From assembly GCF_001194135.2 (NCBI RefSeq), contig NC_068981.1, positions 75,015,694 through 75,076,584 on the forward strand: a stretch of DNA of 60,891 nucleotides, in the 5' to 3' direction. The notes beneath the pieces were generated by a model. The model made no database searches. It saw only the letters and a program-made list of their open reading frames with translations, and was not told where the DNA came from. A program made the position numbers and the translations under genes. The DNA comes from Octopus bimaculoides. Lineage: Eukaryota. Positions 1-10,725 of the stretch are shown here, in pieces; position 1 is the first letter of the stretch; each line of letters starts with the position of its first letter.

Positions 1-282
1 GGTGGATTTTTTTGTATGATTGTGTATAGAGGAATATATTATTTTGCTTAAAAGAGTTCCAACACTGTCTGTTTTTTATGTTTTATTTATATTCCTGCAG
101 AACTAATGTGGGGTATAGAATATGGAATATACAATATATAATATAATATACAATATATAATATAAAATAAAATAAAAATGGATGGCACCATGAAATAAAG
201 TATTGAATGTAGATGAAATATTGAGTGTTCAATATAAAGGATCAAATATATAAATATATAAATATAAATATATATATATAAA

Positions 283-322
283 GGCGACTCGAGTTTCAGG
301 GCTATTTCCCTTCGTCATGGCC
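283..322 (-). ncRNA. Minimal type I hammerhead ribozyme motif (PLE-type), core carries a 1-nt insertion
   Basis: Minus strand reads GGC-C(A)UGACGA-AGGG aaauag CCCU-GAAA-CUCGAG-UC-GCC. Stem I GGC/GCC, stem II AGGG/CCCU, palindromic stem III ACUCGAGU, GUC cleavage triplet (cut between 286 and 285). Abuts a (TA)n tract. Confidence 0.65.
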
Positions 323-1362
323 GGTATGACAGTCTTTATATAAAGATAGATAGATAAAATAACGAGTTCACGGAGAAATCGAGTAGACGCTGGTGAATGT
401 TATTTAAAAGGATGTTTTTCATTCAGTCACATAAAATTACGGCCTTTCATAGTTCTATGTACTATGTGGTGTAACAAAATACGATTTAGCATTATATAAA
501 ATCTGTTTTCTTTTTTCACGGAATATATTTTTCAAATTTATTCTATCGCTATATCTCTATGCAATCTAATATCTCGTGGCAATTCACAAACTTTTTGGGC
601 TGAGAATTTGGAAGTTTCTATTATTTTGTCAACCAAAATTTATCTTTATTGTTTTTGTATACATTGTAGGAGTTGTTTTGTTTTAACTTAACATAAATAC
701 ATTAATTTTTAATGATATAGTTGTTTCAATAGTTATACAAAATAGCATTTATTTTCCTTTTTCTTAATATCTATTAATTAGATAAACATGAGACCAAACA
801 TTTTGGGTAGTGTTATAGACAGTCAAAGCAATAATCGTATGGCTTAATGGTTCGCATTTTTAGGTATTTGATTTCGCATTCAATAGCACATAACCCTGGA
901 AAGTGTTTTCCAATACAGTTTCGAGTCACTCCAATATGTGAGTGAAATTTGGTCGGAAGTGATTAGTGTGTATTCTAATTTTCATATATCCACTGTAACT
1001 GGATAGACAAGAGTGTGGACCGCGTCAGCGGTGGCAATTAACTTATAAGATCTCAGTAAGAAAAGAAAAAGCGTAAAGAGTATACAACATTTAGTTTTCC
1101 ATATAAGGAAGAAATGAGTGTATAAGTGTGTATGCCGTTTCGCTAAATACCATTTCATGTTTCTCTTCTTGACACTCACTTCCATATCTTCCAAATTTTT
1201 ACTGAATGGCGAACTTGCAACTTTCGCCATTTCTCTACCTCTTGCCATGTTTTACTCTCTCTGTTACGTCGTAAAGCCACACTGTGAAACAGTCAAATCA
1301 CATACTCGCCATACCATGTATTACCCATCGTGGAAATGTAAAAGTTTATATCCTAAGTAAAT

Positions 1363-1623
1363 TGTTCTTTTCTTTTACTTGTTTCAGTCATTTGACTGCG
1401 GCCATGCTGGTGCACCACCTTAGGGGGTTTTAGTCAAAGAAATCGACCCCAGGACTTATTCTTTGTAGGCCTAGTACTTATTCTATCAAATCCACTCACA
1501 AGGCTCTGGTCGGCCCGAGGCTTTAGTAGAAGACACTTGCCCAAGGTGCCACGCAGCGGGACTGAACCCGGAACCATGTGGTTGGTAAGCAAGCTACTTA
1601 CTACACAGCCACACCTGCGCCTA
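1363..1623 (-). mobile_element. tRNA-derived CORE-type SINE (family A), internally deleted
   Basis: Minus strand has A-box-like TGGCTGTGTAG, B-box-like GGTTCAGTCCC and CORE-like ACCTTGGGCAAGTGTCTTCTACT. Homologous to 7390-7958 but lacks the central microsatellite segment. Confidence 0.9.
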
Positions 1624-1949
1624 TACTTACCACACATCCACTCCTGTGTCTATTTTTTTTTTCCTGAGCAGTTTGAGTGCGCCAGAGGGACCATTCACAT
1701 ACTCCAAGATACAGTTGAACCTTTGCCTGGCATTCGAGTGTCCTTCATGGGATGCATTCCATTTGAATCAATCGGGTTAGCTCTCCCTGCTGATAATATT
1801 TTTTTCTTCCTTCTCACCAGTCACTCAAGCCATGAAATGCGTATGGGTGCTGCTCTTTTTTCTCTTACCCAAGCATTTGTAAGTTTATATTCACTCCTGT
1901 ACTTAACTGGTACTTATTTTATTTATTTTAGAAATATTAAGCAAAATTA

Positions 1950-2190
1950 ATCTCGCCAGGCTTTGAACTGAGATTTGAAGGACTGTACTTAAATGTCTCG
2001 AAACACTTTGTTCGACGTGCTAACAAATCTGCCACGTCATAATCTAAGCTTCAATCTCGTATAAAGGCACAAGGCTAGGTATTTTTAGTGAGACAACAGT
2101 CGATTATATCGTCCTAAGTATTTGATTGGTGATTATTTAATTGTCCACGGGGAGATGAAGGCTAATCACGTTAAAATATTTTGTCAGACG
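1950..2190 (-). mobile_element. Decayed SINE family B pieces
   Basis: Recognisable but diverged similarity to the family B copies at 9217-9414 and 52112-52328. Confidence 0.5.
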
Positions 2191-3165
2191 CTGCAGTAAT
2201 TCTTCTCTTTATTTTCTTTTTATATAAAACTTGATGCAGTTTTATCTGAGACTGAACACAGTAGTGCCGTTGATTATTGTCTCTCTTATACCATCCGTTC
2301 ATTGTGTTTATTGTTCTTCTTGTTTTGTAGCAGAGCAGAACTGTGATCAAAAGGCGTTTCGGCCTTGACCATCCTATCTTATTTTAAAAGTTCAGATTAT
2401 TCAATGTGTTTGCAGTTTGTTTACAAAAAAGAAAGCAAAACGCAAAAAAGAAAAAAAAAAAAGAACAAATCAGAGTTAAATGTGATTTGAAGGTGATTTC
2501 AATGTTATGTCGGAAAAGTGGAACAATATTAAAACATTAACTGGAGATTTTCACTTTCAGAGTGAGTAGGGCGAAAAAAAAATCGGGCAGGATTATCCTG
2601 TTTCAGAGTATAAAATGGCAGTTAAATGTAAATAAGCAACCTAGTTAAAATAGAAAAAAAAAACCTGTCATTTTGTATAATGACAAGCTCTAACTGTTTA
2701 GCGCCAATATGAGGTACTAACTAACGACCATTAGGACACTCATGTAATATATCGTGTCCAAATGTCAGAAACAATTTTTACAGTCAAAGTACGCCACTGT
2801 ATATATATATATATATACATATATAAATACATACATACGTATATATNNNNNNNNNNCAAGACATCTGGTCTTACTCGCCAGTATTACAGATGGATATCTA
2901 GTTACAGAATAGAGTCATGCCGTCTACAGTGTAGGCTAAATCCATTGGTTAACGTAATCTGTGATAATGGTGAGTGGATTTTGTAGTGACAAGTTCATTT
3001 GTCTCTGGATATGATGTCATAGACTCAACTCTGATGAAAACTTTGGGGTACGATCGTGATATGTAGTGTGTCTGAAGTATCTTTTCGATTTGGTCGATTC
3101 CATTCCTTTCCAGCTGCGATCAAGTGCGATTTCTTCCAGAGAGAAAAAGGGAGACAAGAGCGTGC

Positions 3166-3219
<54 letters not shown>

Positions 3220-3430
3220 NNNNNNNNNNNNNNNNNNNNNNNNNNNNNNNNNNNNNNNNNNNNNNNNNNNNNNNNNNNNNNNNNNNNNNNNNNNNNNNNN
3301 NNNNNNNNNNNNNNNNNNNNNNNNNNNNNNNNNNNNNNNNNNNNNNNNNNNNNNNNNNNNNNNNNNNNNNNNNNNNNNNNNNNNNNNNNNNNNNNNNNNN
3401 NNNNNNNNNNNNNNNNNNNNNNNNNNNNNN

Positions 3431-3478
<48 letters not shown>

Positions 3479-3668
3479 TTATGTTGTTATAGCATGTTTT
3501 TTTAAGAACGTAATAGAGTACAGTATAAAGTTCGTCTTCAGACTTACCCTGTACTATCCAGTAGTAGATTTATATGTACTTCCAGGTTTGTGTTTAGGCA
3601 TCTGTCATGTATGAATATATAATTGAAATAGTCAACAAGGAGGGGTACAGTTGGACATTTATCTTTTA

Positions 3669-3774
3669 ATCACTACAATTGTTTCCGTGCAGCGTAGTTC
3701 TGCAGGAGTGCAGGCACTTGATTATGCAACTGTTTTCCTGCATTATGAGATCTAGTTGTGTTTCCTCAGGTGAT
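3669..3774 (-). ncRNA. Type I hammerhead-like motif with long stem II insert (stem II degenerate)
   Basis: Minus strand reads AUCAC-CUGAGGA-(77 nt)-GAAA-CAAUUG-UA-GUGAU. Stem I and palindromic stem III are identical to the motif at 26284-26387, but the base of stem II does not pair. Confidence 0.6.
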
Positions 3775-3905
3775 ATATAAATATCGTCTCCGTAAGTTTG
3801 AAATCCTCAGCTTTATATGTATTTGGACATATTTAAAGTAACTAAATGTCATTAATTATAGCAGGATAAACTAATTGAAATTTCATTAATTATAGTCCTT
3901 CAAAC

Positions 3906-3977
3906 ATGGAAGTGTTTAAGGAGCATTTCACGCACATAATGCTTTATGAGTTTTAAAAAGGGAACTCTGCAGCTGAA
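3906..3977 (+). pseudogene. Mariner transposase N-terminal fragment
   Basis: Translates MEVFKEHFTHIMLYEF*KGNSAAE, matching the mariner N-terminal pattern 'EH.RH..LYEF.KG.SAAE'; contains an internal stop. Confidence 0.7.
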
Positions 3978-5460
3978 GTGCCTTCATTTTTCTCTCAATG
4001 ATATGGTACATGAATAGAAACCAGTTCTTGCACTTTACATACTGCAAATTGTCGTCAACTACACGTTTTCTTTTTTCGTGTAATATCCTTAATGAGGTAG
4101 AAATAATTCCATAAATCTTTAGTCGGAAAACATCAAATAAATTGTAATAATTATGTAAATTTGAAGTCTGTTTGCAGAACAAGGGGGAGGGGGGATAAAT
4201 GGCTTATAGGTAATCTCATCAATAATTTATAGTTTTTTTTATGGTGTTATCTGATTAAATACAAAATGCAGGTTTACTTTTTAACAGGGCTTGAAAAAGG
4301 AGGAGGCTTAAATGTTTATGGAATGTCCAATGTTATTAACAGTGTTGGTGAAGAGAATCAACTTCAAGTGGATATTGAGCTGCATCTCAATCTTGGCTTG
4401 CTCGAAATTAACCTCTAGCACTATGGGATTTTGCTTAAAAATATAACAGCACGAAGCATAATATCTGTTCGTTTGTATTAGATGGCTAATACAATCACTA
4501 TAATAGAAGCAATTATTTAAGCTTAGAATACAATTTAGAGCGAAGCGAAGGTTGCACAGAACACGTTCACTTGTCCGCGACAAACAATTGTATTATTATA
4601 TCGAAATGAAGCAATTAAAGTTTGCCAATCATTGTGACAATCACTAATTATTTATTTAGAGGTCACAGATTCTCTCCACTTTCTACATCTCTTGCAAAAG
4701 AAAGGATAAAACTAACAATTAAATAAACATTTCACAGCGATGATATTTTACACTTGATTCTAGAATAATATGCAGAATGTTACTTCTTTTGATCAGCGCA
4801 AACAAAGAAGCACAAGTACGTGTCAACTGTTGCTGATAGGCTTACAGAAAGGTCAAACTAAGCGCTTGAACGCGGTAGAAATTTACCAAGTTACAGATAT
4901 CTTTTGATCTGAAACGTAAATGATGAACAAATGCCTAATGAATAGCTGGAATCGCTGTTAAGTGTGATTTAAGTAAAATCTGCCGAGGAGCTCGCTCGCT
5001 TCATTTGTAAAATATGCATTGTTAAATCCATTGAGCTATATACTTGGAGGATGAATTTACATAGCATCAAACGGTATTCAATCAGTGAGCCGTTAGGATC
5101 ACAAAAGGAAATTCACGTTGAAATCCTGTTCTTTATAAAGGTTGAAGTTTACATTCAATCCTTTTGACATTTCCAACATTACTTATTTGTATAAGCAAAG
5201 AAAAGGAAAAAAAAAAAAAAAANNNNNNNNNNNNNNNNNNNNNNNNNNNNNNNNNNNNNNNNNNNNNNNNNNNNNNNNNNNNNNNNNNNNNNNNNNNNNN
5301 NNNNNNNNNNNNNNNNNNNNNNNNNNNNNNNNNNNNNNNNNNNNNNNNNNNNNNNNNNNNNNNNNNNNNNNNNNNNNNNNNNNNNNNNNNNNNNNNNNNN
5401 NNNNNNNNNNNNNNNNNNNNNNNNNNNNNNNNNNNNNNNNNNNNNNNNNNNNNNNNNNNN

Positions 5461-5492
<32 letters not shown>

Positions 5493-5493
5493 C

Positions 5494-5528
<35 letters not shown>

Positions 5529-5771
5529 CACGTGCGTGTGTATCTGTGTGAGTACATATCTATCTATCTATCTATCTATCTGTATGTGTGTATGAATGTA
5601 TATATGTCTGTCTGGCAGTCTGTCTTTAGGGACTGAACAAAAAATCACTCCACCCATTCTATCATGAAAAGAATGCGCATATATTCTTCCTTAATCCAGA
5701 GTGAGCTTTGTAATATTTAACTTTCAGTTCATTTCTGTTTTGCAGAAAATTGATAGTTTTTATGAAACATC

Positions 5772-6263
5772 GAACCGTCAAAAGCACAAATATGCAAATT
5801 AGACATACATATATACACACTGAAATATGTGTGTGCGTGGGTGTACGCGTGTGCGTGCGTGTGTGTTGTGCCGTTTTGTCTGTATAATATTTTTAACCTC
5901 ATTATATGAGTCCGTGAACTTACTACTATCTTTTTAGTCGCTGACTAAAATTATAATTCTAAATACCTGCTTGCATGTACTTTACTAGTCACTATGAAAG
6001 AAATGCTATTGAACCTTGGGAGGAGCATTATGCCGGTAATAAACACACGCACTGGTTCAATCCCTTTCTGGCTATTGTTCAGTATTGTTCGTATTGTTGT
6101 TTGTTTTTATATGCAAAAGCTGGACTGTGATCACTCTTAACTTCATTTATTGATTTCTCCTCATTTTACCAAGATCTAAAATTTTCATTCACTTCATTGT
6201 TCAACACACGTATTCACAGTGTGTTTGTATGTCTAATTTGCATATTTGTGCTTTTGACGGTTC
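5772..6263. repeat. Perfect 38-bp inverted repeat (5772-5809 / 6226-6263), 416-bp spacer
   Basis: GAACCGTCAAAAGCACAAATATGCAAATTAGACATACA at 5772-5809 has its exact reverse complement at 6226-6263; weaker similarity continues about 20 bp inward. Confidence 0.95.
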
Positions 6264-6264
6264 T

Positions 6265-6415
6265 GGAAGGCTTGGACAAAAGAGAGGAAGGAGTCTAATT
6301 GTTCGCGGGAGAGCGAGGTCGCCTCGATACGGTCATGAATAGAACGACTGTATAGTTCGGGAGTGGTACCAGTGAATCTTGAAGATATTTAGTCCTCAAC
6401 GTAGCCAACGAAGAG
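6265..6415 (-). mobile_element. Penelope-like reverse transcriptase fragment (decayed)
   Basis: Translates LFVGYVED*ISSRFTGTTPELYSRSIHDRIEATSLSREQLDSFLSFVQAFQ, collinear with LFVGYVEAQIFSQFTGLTPEVYGRYIE at 60174-60506. Confidence 0.85.
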
Positions 6416-7024
6416 GTCGAGAAAAAAAAGAGGTAAAAATGCCTGCTACTTTAATATTCCGAACACAAAGATAGAATTTACTATTTTGTAAATGTTTTCC
6501 CCTGAGGTTATAAAGTAATCATCTACTAGACATTTGAAAGTAGAAAACTTACTTTATATTTCTTACTAAGATACAGGTACCTTAAGATACACACACACAC
6601 ACACAGAGAAACTCATTCACAAATACACACTCACCTACAAACACACACAAATATACACATATGCACACTCACATCAGTTCTGATCCAGCGAACCTNNNNN
6701 NNNNNNNNNNNNNNNNNNNNNNNNNNNNNNNNNNNNNNNNNNNNNNNNNNNNNNNNNNNNNNNNNNNNNNNNNNNNNNNNNNNNNNNNNNNNNNNNNNNN
6801 NNNNNNNNNNNNNNNNNNNNNNNNNNNNNNNNNNNNNNNNNNNNNNNNNNNNNNNNNNNNNNNNNNNNNNNNNNNNNNNNNNNNNNNNNNNNNNNNNNNN
6901 NNNNNNNNNNNNNNNNNNNNNNNNNNNNNATATATATATGTATATATAAATAATATATGAGTATATGCATATATATGTACACGTATTTACATACCTTCAT
7001 CTACATGTATATATAGATGTATAT

Positions 7025-7380
7025 CTGGTTACATGACGTTCCAAAAAAAACATGGACAAAAGGATAAACAAGGTACAGAAAACACACAGGCCACATAGAG
7101 AGTATTTCCTTCATCAGCTGCCACCATTATAACACTGGCGTTTCGAAGAGATAGGGCAGGACGCATCGTTACATTGGCTCATCCCACGGACACAAATTAA
7201 ATTTGTTCCATGGAGGATAGTGGCGGACGGAAAACAAGACAGGAAAACGAAACAGTGAACTAAACAACCAAAAAAAAAGGCTATACGGCCAGACGTGAAA
7301 AAGTATGTGTATATTGAACGCTGTGAAGCACGAACTGGAAGGAAACGGGATATATATATATAAACACATACATACAAGTA
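7025..7380 (-). mobile_element. Probable PLE terminal (pLTR-like) repeat
   Basis: Non-coding block between microsatellites; the minus strand carries CTTCGAAACG, CAGCTGATGAAGG and a GGAACGTCA remnant. No ORF support. Confidence 0.4.
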
Positions 7381-7389
7381 TACATGCAT

Positions 7390-7641
7390 ACATATATATT
7401 CTTTTATTCTTCTACTTATTTCAGTCATTTTGACTATCGCCATGCTGGAGCACAGCCTCTTAGTCGAAGAAATCGACCTCGGGACTTATTATTTGTAAGC
7501 CTAGTACTTATTCTATCGTTCTCTATTGACGAACCGCTAAGTTAAGGAGACTTAAACACACCATCATCGGTTCTCAAGCGACGGTGGCGGGACAAACATA
7601 GACACACAAACATATACATACATACATACATTGACTCACAC

Positions 7642-7706
<65 letters not shown>

Positions 7707-7958
7707 NNNNNNNNNNNNNNNNNNNNNNNNNNNNNNNNNNNNNNNNNNNNNNNNNNNNNNNNNNNNNNNNNNNNNNNNNNNNNNNNNNNNNNNNNNNNNN
7801 NNACGGGCTTATTTCAGTTTCCGTCTACTAAATCCACTCCAAGGTTTTGGTCGGCCCGGGGCTATAGTAGAAGACAATTGCCCAAGGTGACACGCAGTGA
7901 GACTGAACCCGGAACCATGTGGTTAGGAAACAAGCTTCTTACCACACAGCCACGCCTA
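7390..7958 (-). mobile_element. tRNA-derived CORE-type SINE (family A), near full length, internal (TA)n and gap
   Basis: Head (A/B-box-like, CORE-like) at about 7830-7958, internal microsatellite, tail ending ...ATGACTGAAATAAGTAGAAG. Confidence 0.9.
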
Positions 7959-9045
7959 AACTGGTGTTCATCTATGCGACTACTGTCACTGACATATATT
8001 TTTATAAAACTTAAGCATAGAGTTTTTGATATATTCGCTTTTGCTTATTGCAGAGTATTCTCGACTCTTTAGATCCACGATTAACGCCTACTATCCATAA
8101 CCACCCATAGGTGTGTATATCAGTGATTGTATTCTTATATCTCATGTTTCAAACATTATTCTATTTAGGAAGTCTGTTTTTGTCGTGTAGCCCTCTAATG
8201 AATGGCGTTCAGATCATGGTCTTGCAATTTTTACCTATGTGGTAAAAACTTAAGACTATATTAGCATGTCCCTTTTTATGATTGTTAGGTTTAAATTGAT
8301 GGTGATTTGGCTGTAATTTTTAGCAGGTCTACAATGATTTGGTTTACATATGTGCCTATTACAGCTATGTCAACAACAGCAAACTGTTAGAAGCTATGGA
8401 AAATTGGGCTTAAAACTAATGAAAACTCACCTATTATTTTTATTTTGTAAAATAACGAAAAGAAAGTTATAAAGAGAGGCAGAAAAAGAAAATTAAAATT
8501 GTAAGTAGAAATTACTTATAAGTGTCTGCAACTTGAACAGCATCGTTGAAACGAAATGTTTTAAAGATATGGCTGAAAAACTATTCGCCTGCTATTTGAT
8601 CAGTCTTGACAGAAATGATGTAAAAATCACGTAAGTCTGCGCGGGAAAGAAATGAAAAAAAATTAACTCTTATAATTATGCTTAAGATACAATGAAAATG
8701 AAAGCAAAATATAGACATGGGAGACGTCATTTGAGTTGCTAGAAAAAAAGAAAAGAAAATGCATTAATATATTGAGAACATTGGTAGTGTTTGTGTACTT
8801 TGCGTTTTTTTTTTATTTTAGAAAATTGCAAAAACTAGTTTGAATGAAACTGACTTGTAATTCTAAAGACACTTTTGGTTACGTCACAAACGCTTTAGAA
8901 CTTTATTGAAGCATCATTTACAGACTGAATCTCACATCGGATTTAGAAGTATCAATTGATAGTGAAAGATTCTGAGTCTTGGCTTGAAATGCTAGTCGTC
9001 TGAAAGACCTTTTCAACACATTAAATCAACCAATTTGAACTCTTA

Positions 9046-10266
9046 ATATTTACTGAGCCTGAGTTCAAATTCCGCCCAGGTCGACTTTGCCTTTTATCCT
9101 TTCAGGGTCGATAAATTAAGTACCAGTTGCGTACTGGGATCGATCTAATCGACCTGCCCCTTCCTCCAAAATTTCGGACCTTGTGCCTAGAGTAGAAAAG
9201 CATATTTACTGAGCATCAAGGCGGCAAACTGGCAGAAACGTTAGCACGCCGGACGAAAATGCTTAGCGGTATTTCCTCTGCCGCTACGTTCTGAGTTCGA
9301 ATTCCACCGAGGTCGACTTTGCCTTTCATCTTTTCGGGGTCGATTAAATAAGTACCAGTTACGCACTGGGGTCGATATAATCGACTTAATCCGTTTGTCT
9401 GTCCTTGTTTGTCCNNNNNNNNNNCGTCTGAAAGACCTTTTCAACACATTAAATCAACCAATTTGAACTCTTAATATTTACTGAGCCTCAAGGCGGCAAG
9501 TTGGCAGAATCGTTCGCATTCCGGGCTAAATGCTTAGCGGTACAAAAGGTGCCAGCGATAGATCGGGGCTTGTGGGGTCGGAGTGTGGCCTGATCATCGC
9601 TTCATTTGTGTTGTCTAACGTACTGTTAATATCATTCGATTTTTATATTTTATATAATTTTTAAAGTCATATTTTATGTAAACCATTCGCATTACTGATC
9701 CCAATCAGTTGTTTTGTACCATTCTATGTTTAGCCCCCTGTGGGCAATAAAGAAATTGGTACTTCGTCTGTCTTTACGTTCTGAGTTCAAATTCCACCGA
9801 GACTGGCCCCCTCCCCCAAAATTTCGGGCTTTGTGCCGAGCGTAGAAAAGAATATTTACTGAGCCTCAAGGCGGCAAGTTGGCAGAATCGTTCGCATTCC
9901 GGGCTAAATGCTTAGCGGTATTTCGCAGATCACGTTCTGAGTTCAAATTCCGTTGAAGTAGACTTTGACTTTTATCTTTCCAGGATCGATAGAATAAGTA
10001 CCAGCTGATGTAATCGACTTGCCCCAACCCGCGAAATTTCTGGCCTTGCGCCAAAATTTGGAACCGATATTTACAGAGCCTAAGGATTGTTACCGCGCGG
10101 GACAAAGAGCTTAGCAGCATTTCGTCCGTTTTTACGTTCTGAGTTGAAATTCCGCTGAAGTCGACTTTGACTTTCATCTCTTCGCATTTGATAAAATAAG
10201 TACCAGTTGATTACCTGGGTCGATGTAATCGATTTATCCCCTTTGAAGCCATTATTTACTGAGCCT
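9046..10266 (+). mobile_element. Tandem array of family B SINE copies separated by a repeated 15-bp motif
   Basis: Units AAGGCGGC...GAGTTCAAATTCC...GGGGTCGAT...GCCTTGTGCC at 9061, 9217, 9489, 9867 and 10082. ATATTTACTGAGCCT or a 1-mismatch variant at 9046, 9202, 9474, 9852, 10067 and 10252. Confidence 0.9.
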
Positions 10267-10544
10267 CGTTTATGGATCGTATTTATGAAATCTTCACATT
10301 GTAATGAGGTTGGATAAAGTTGGCAGGAAAAAAGGGCATCCAGGGAGTATTGAGACAGCAGAAAAGAAAAACAATATAACGATACTACTTGGAATATTGA
10401 AGAATGGGAAATTTTACCTTAATTTACATGACGTCCATTATATAACAAATGCTAAATCTCTGTTCTGTGTGTGTGCATTCTGCATTAATACAAATTACTG
10501 TTTATCGAAACTAATATGTATTTATTCAAACACACACATACATA

Positions 10545-10725
10545 GTTTTTACTTGTTTTAGTCATTAGATTGCGGTTATAACGGGGCACTGCCTTGAAGA
10601 AGTTTTAGTCGAATGAATCGACCCAGTACATACACGTTTTTTAGTTTGAGCTTAAGCCTGGTACTTATTCTGTCGTACCCGTTTGCCGAAACCAGCACTG
10701 GTTGTCACGCGTTGATGGTGGACAA
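10545..10725 (-). mobile_element. SINE family A 3' part, decayed
   Basis: Similar to the tail segments at 1363-1487 and 7390-7600. Confidence 0.7.

Noticed and set aside
905-962. CCGACCA...GAAACUGUA hammerhead-like string on the minus strand
   Set aside because: G8 is missing, stem I does not pair and the base of stem II does not pair.
2949-3113. 54-codon minus-strand frame LERNGIDQIEKILQ... after a (CT)n tract, superficially LRR-like
   Set aside because: The LRR consensus does not continue, the pyrimidine tract is a microsatellite, and the length is within chance expectation.
8997-9488. 64-bp exact repeat (8997-9060 / 9425-9488)
   Set aside because: The second copy starts immediately after a 10-N gap; probably a haplotype or overlap artefact, so it is not counted as an independent duplication.
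9046-10266. CRISPR-like repeat-spacer array
   Set aside because: Eukaryotic context, the 'spacers' are homologous SINE copies of about 140-360 bp, and there are no cas genes.
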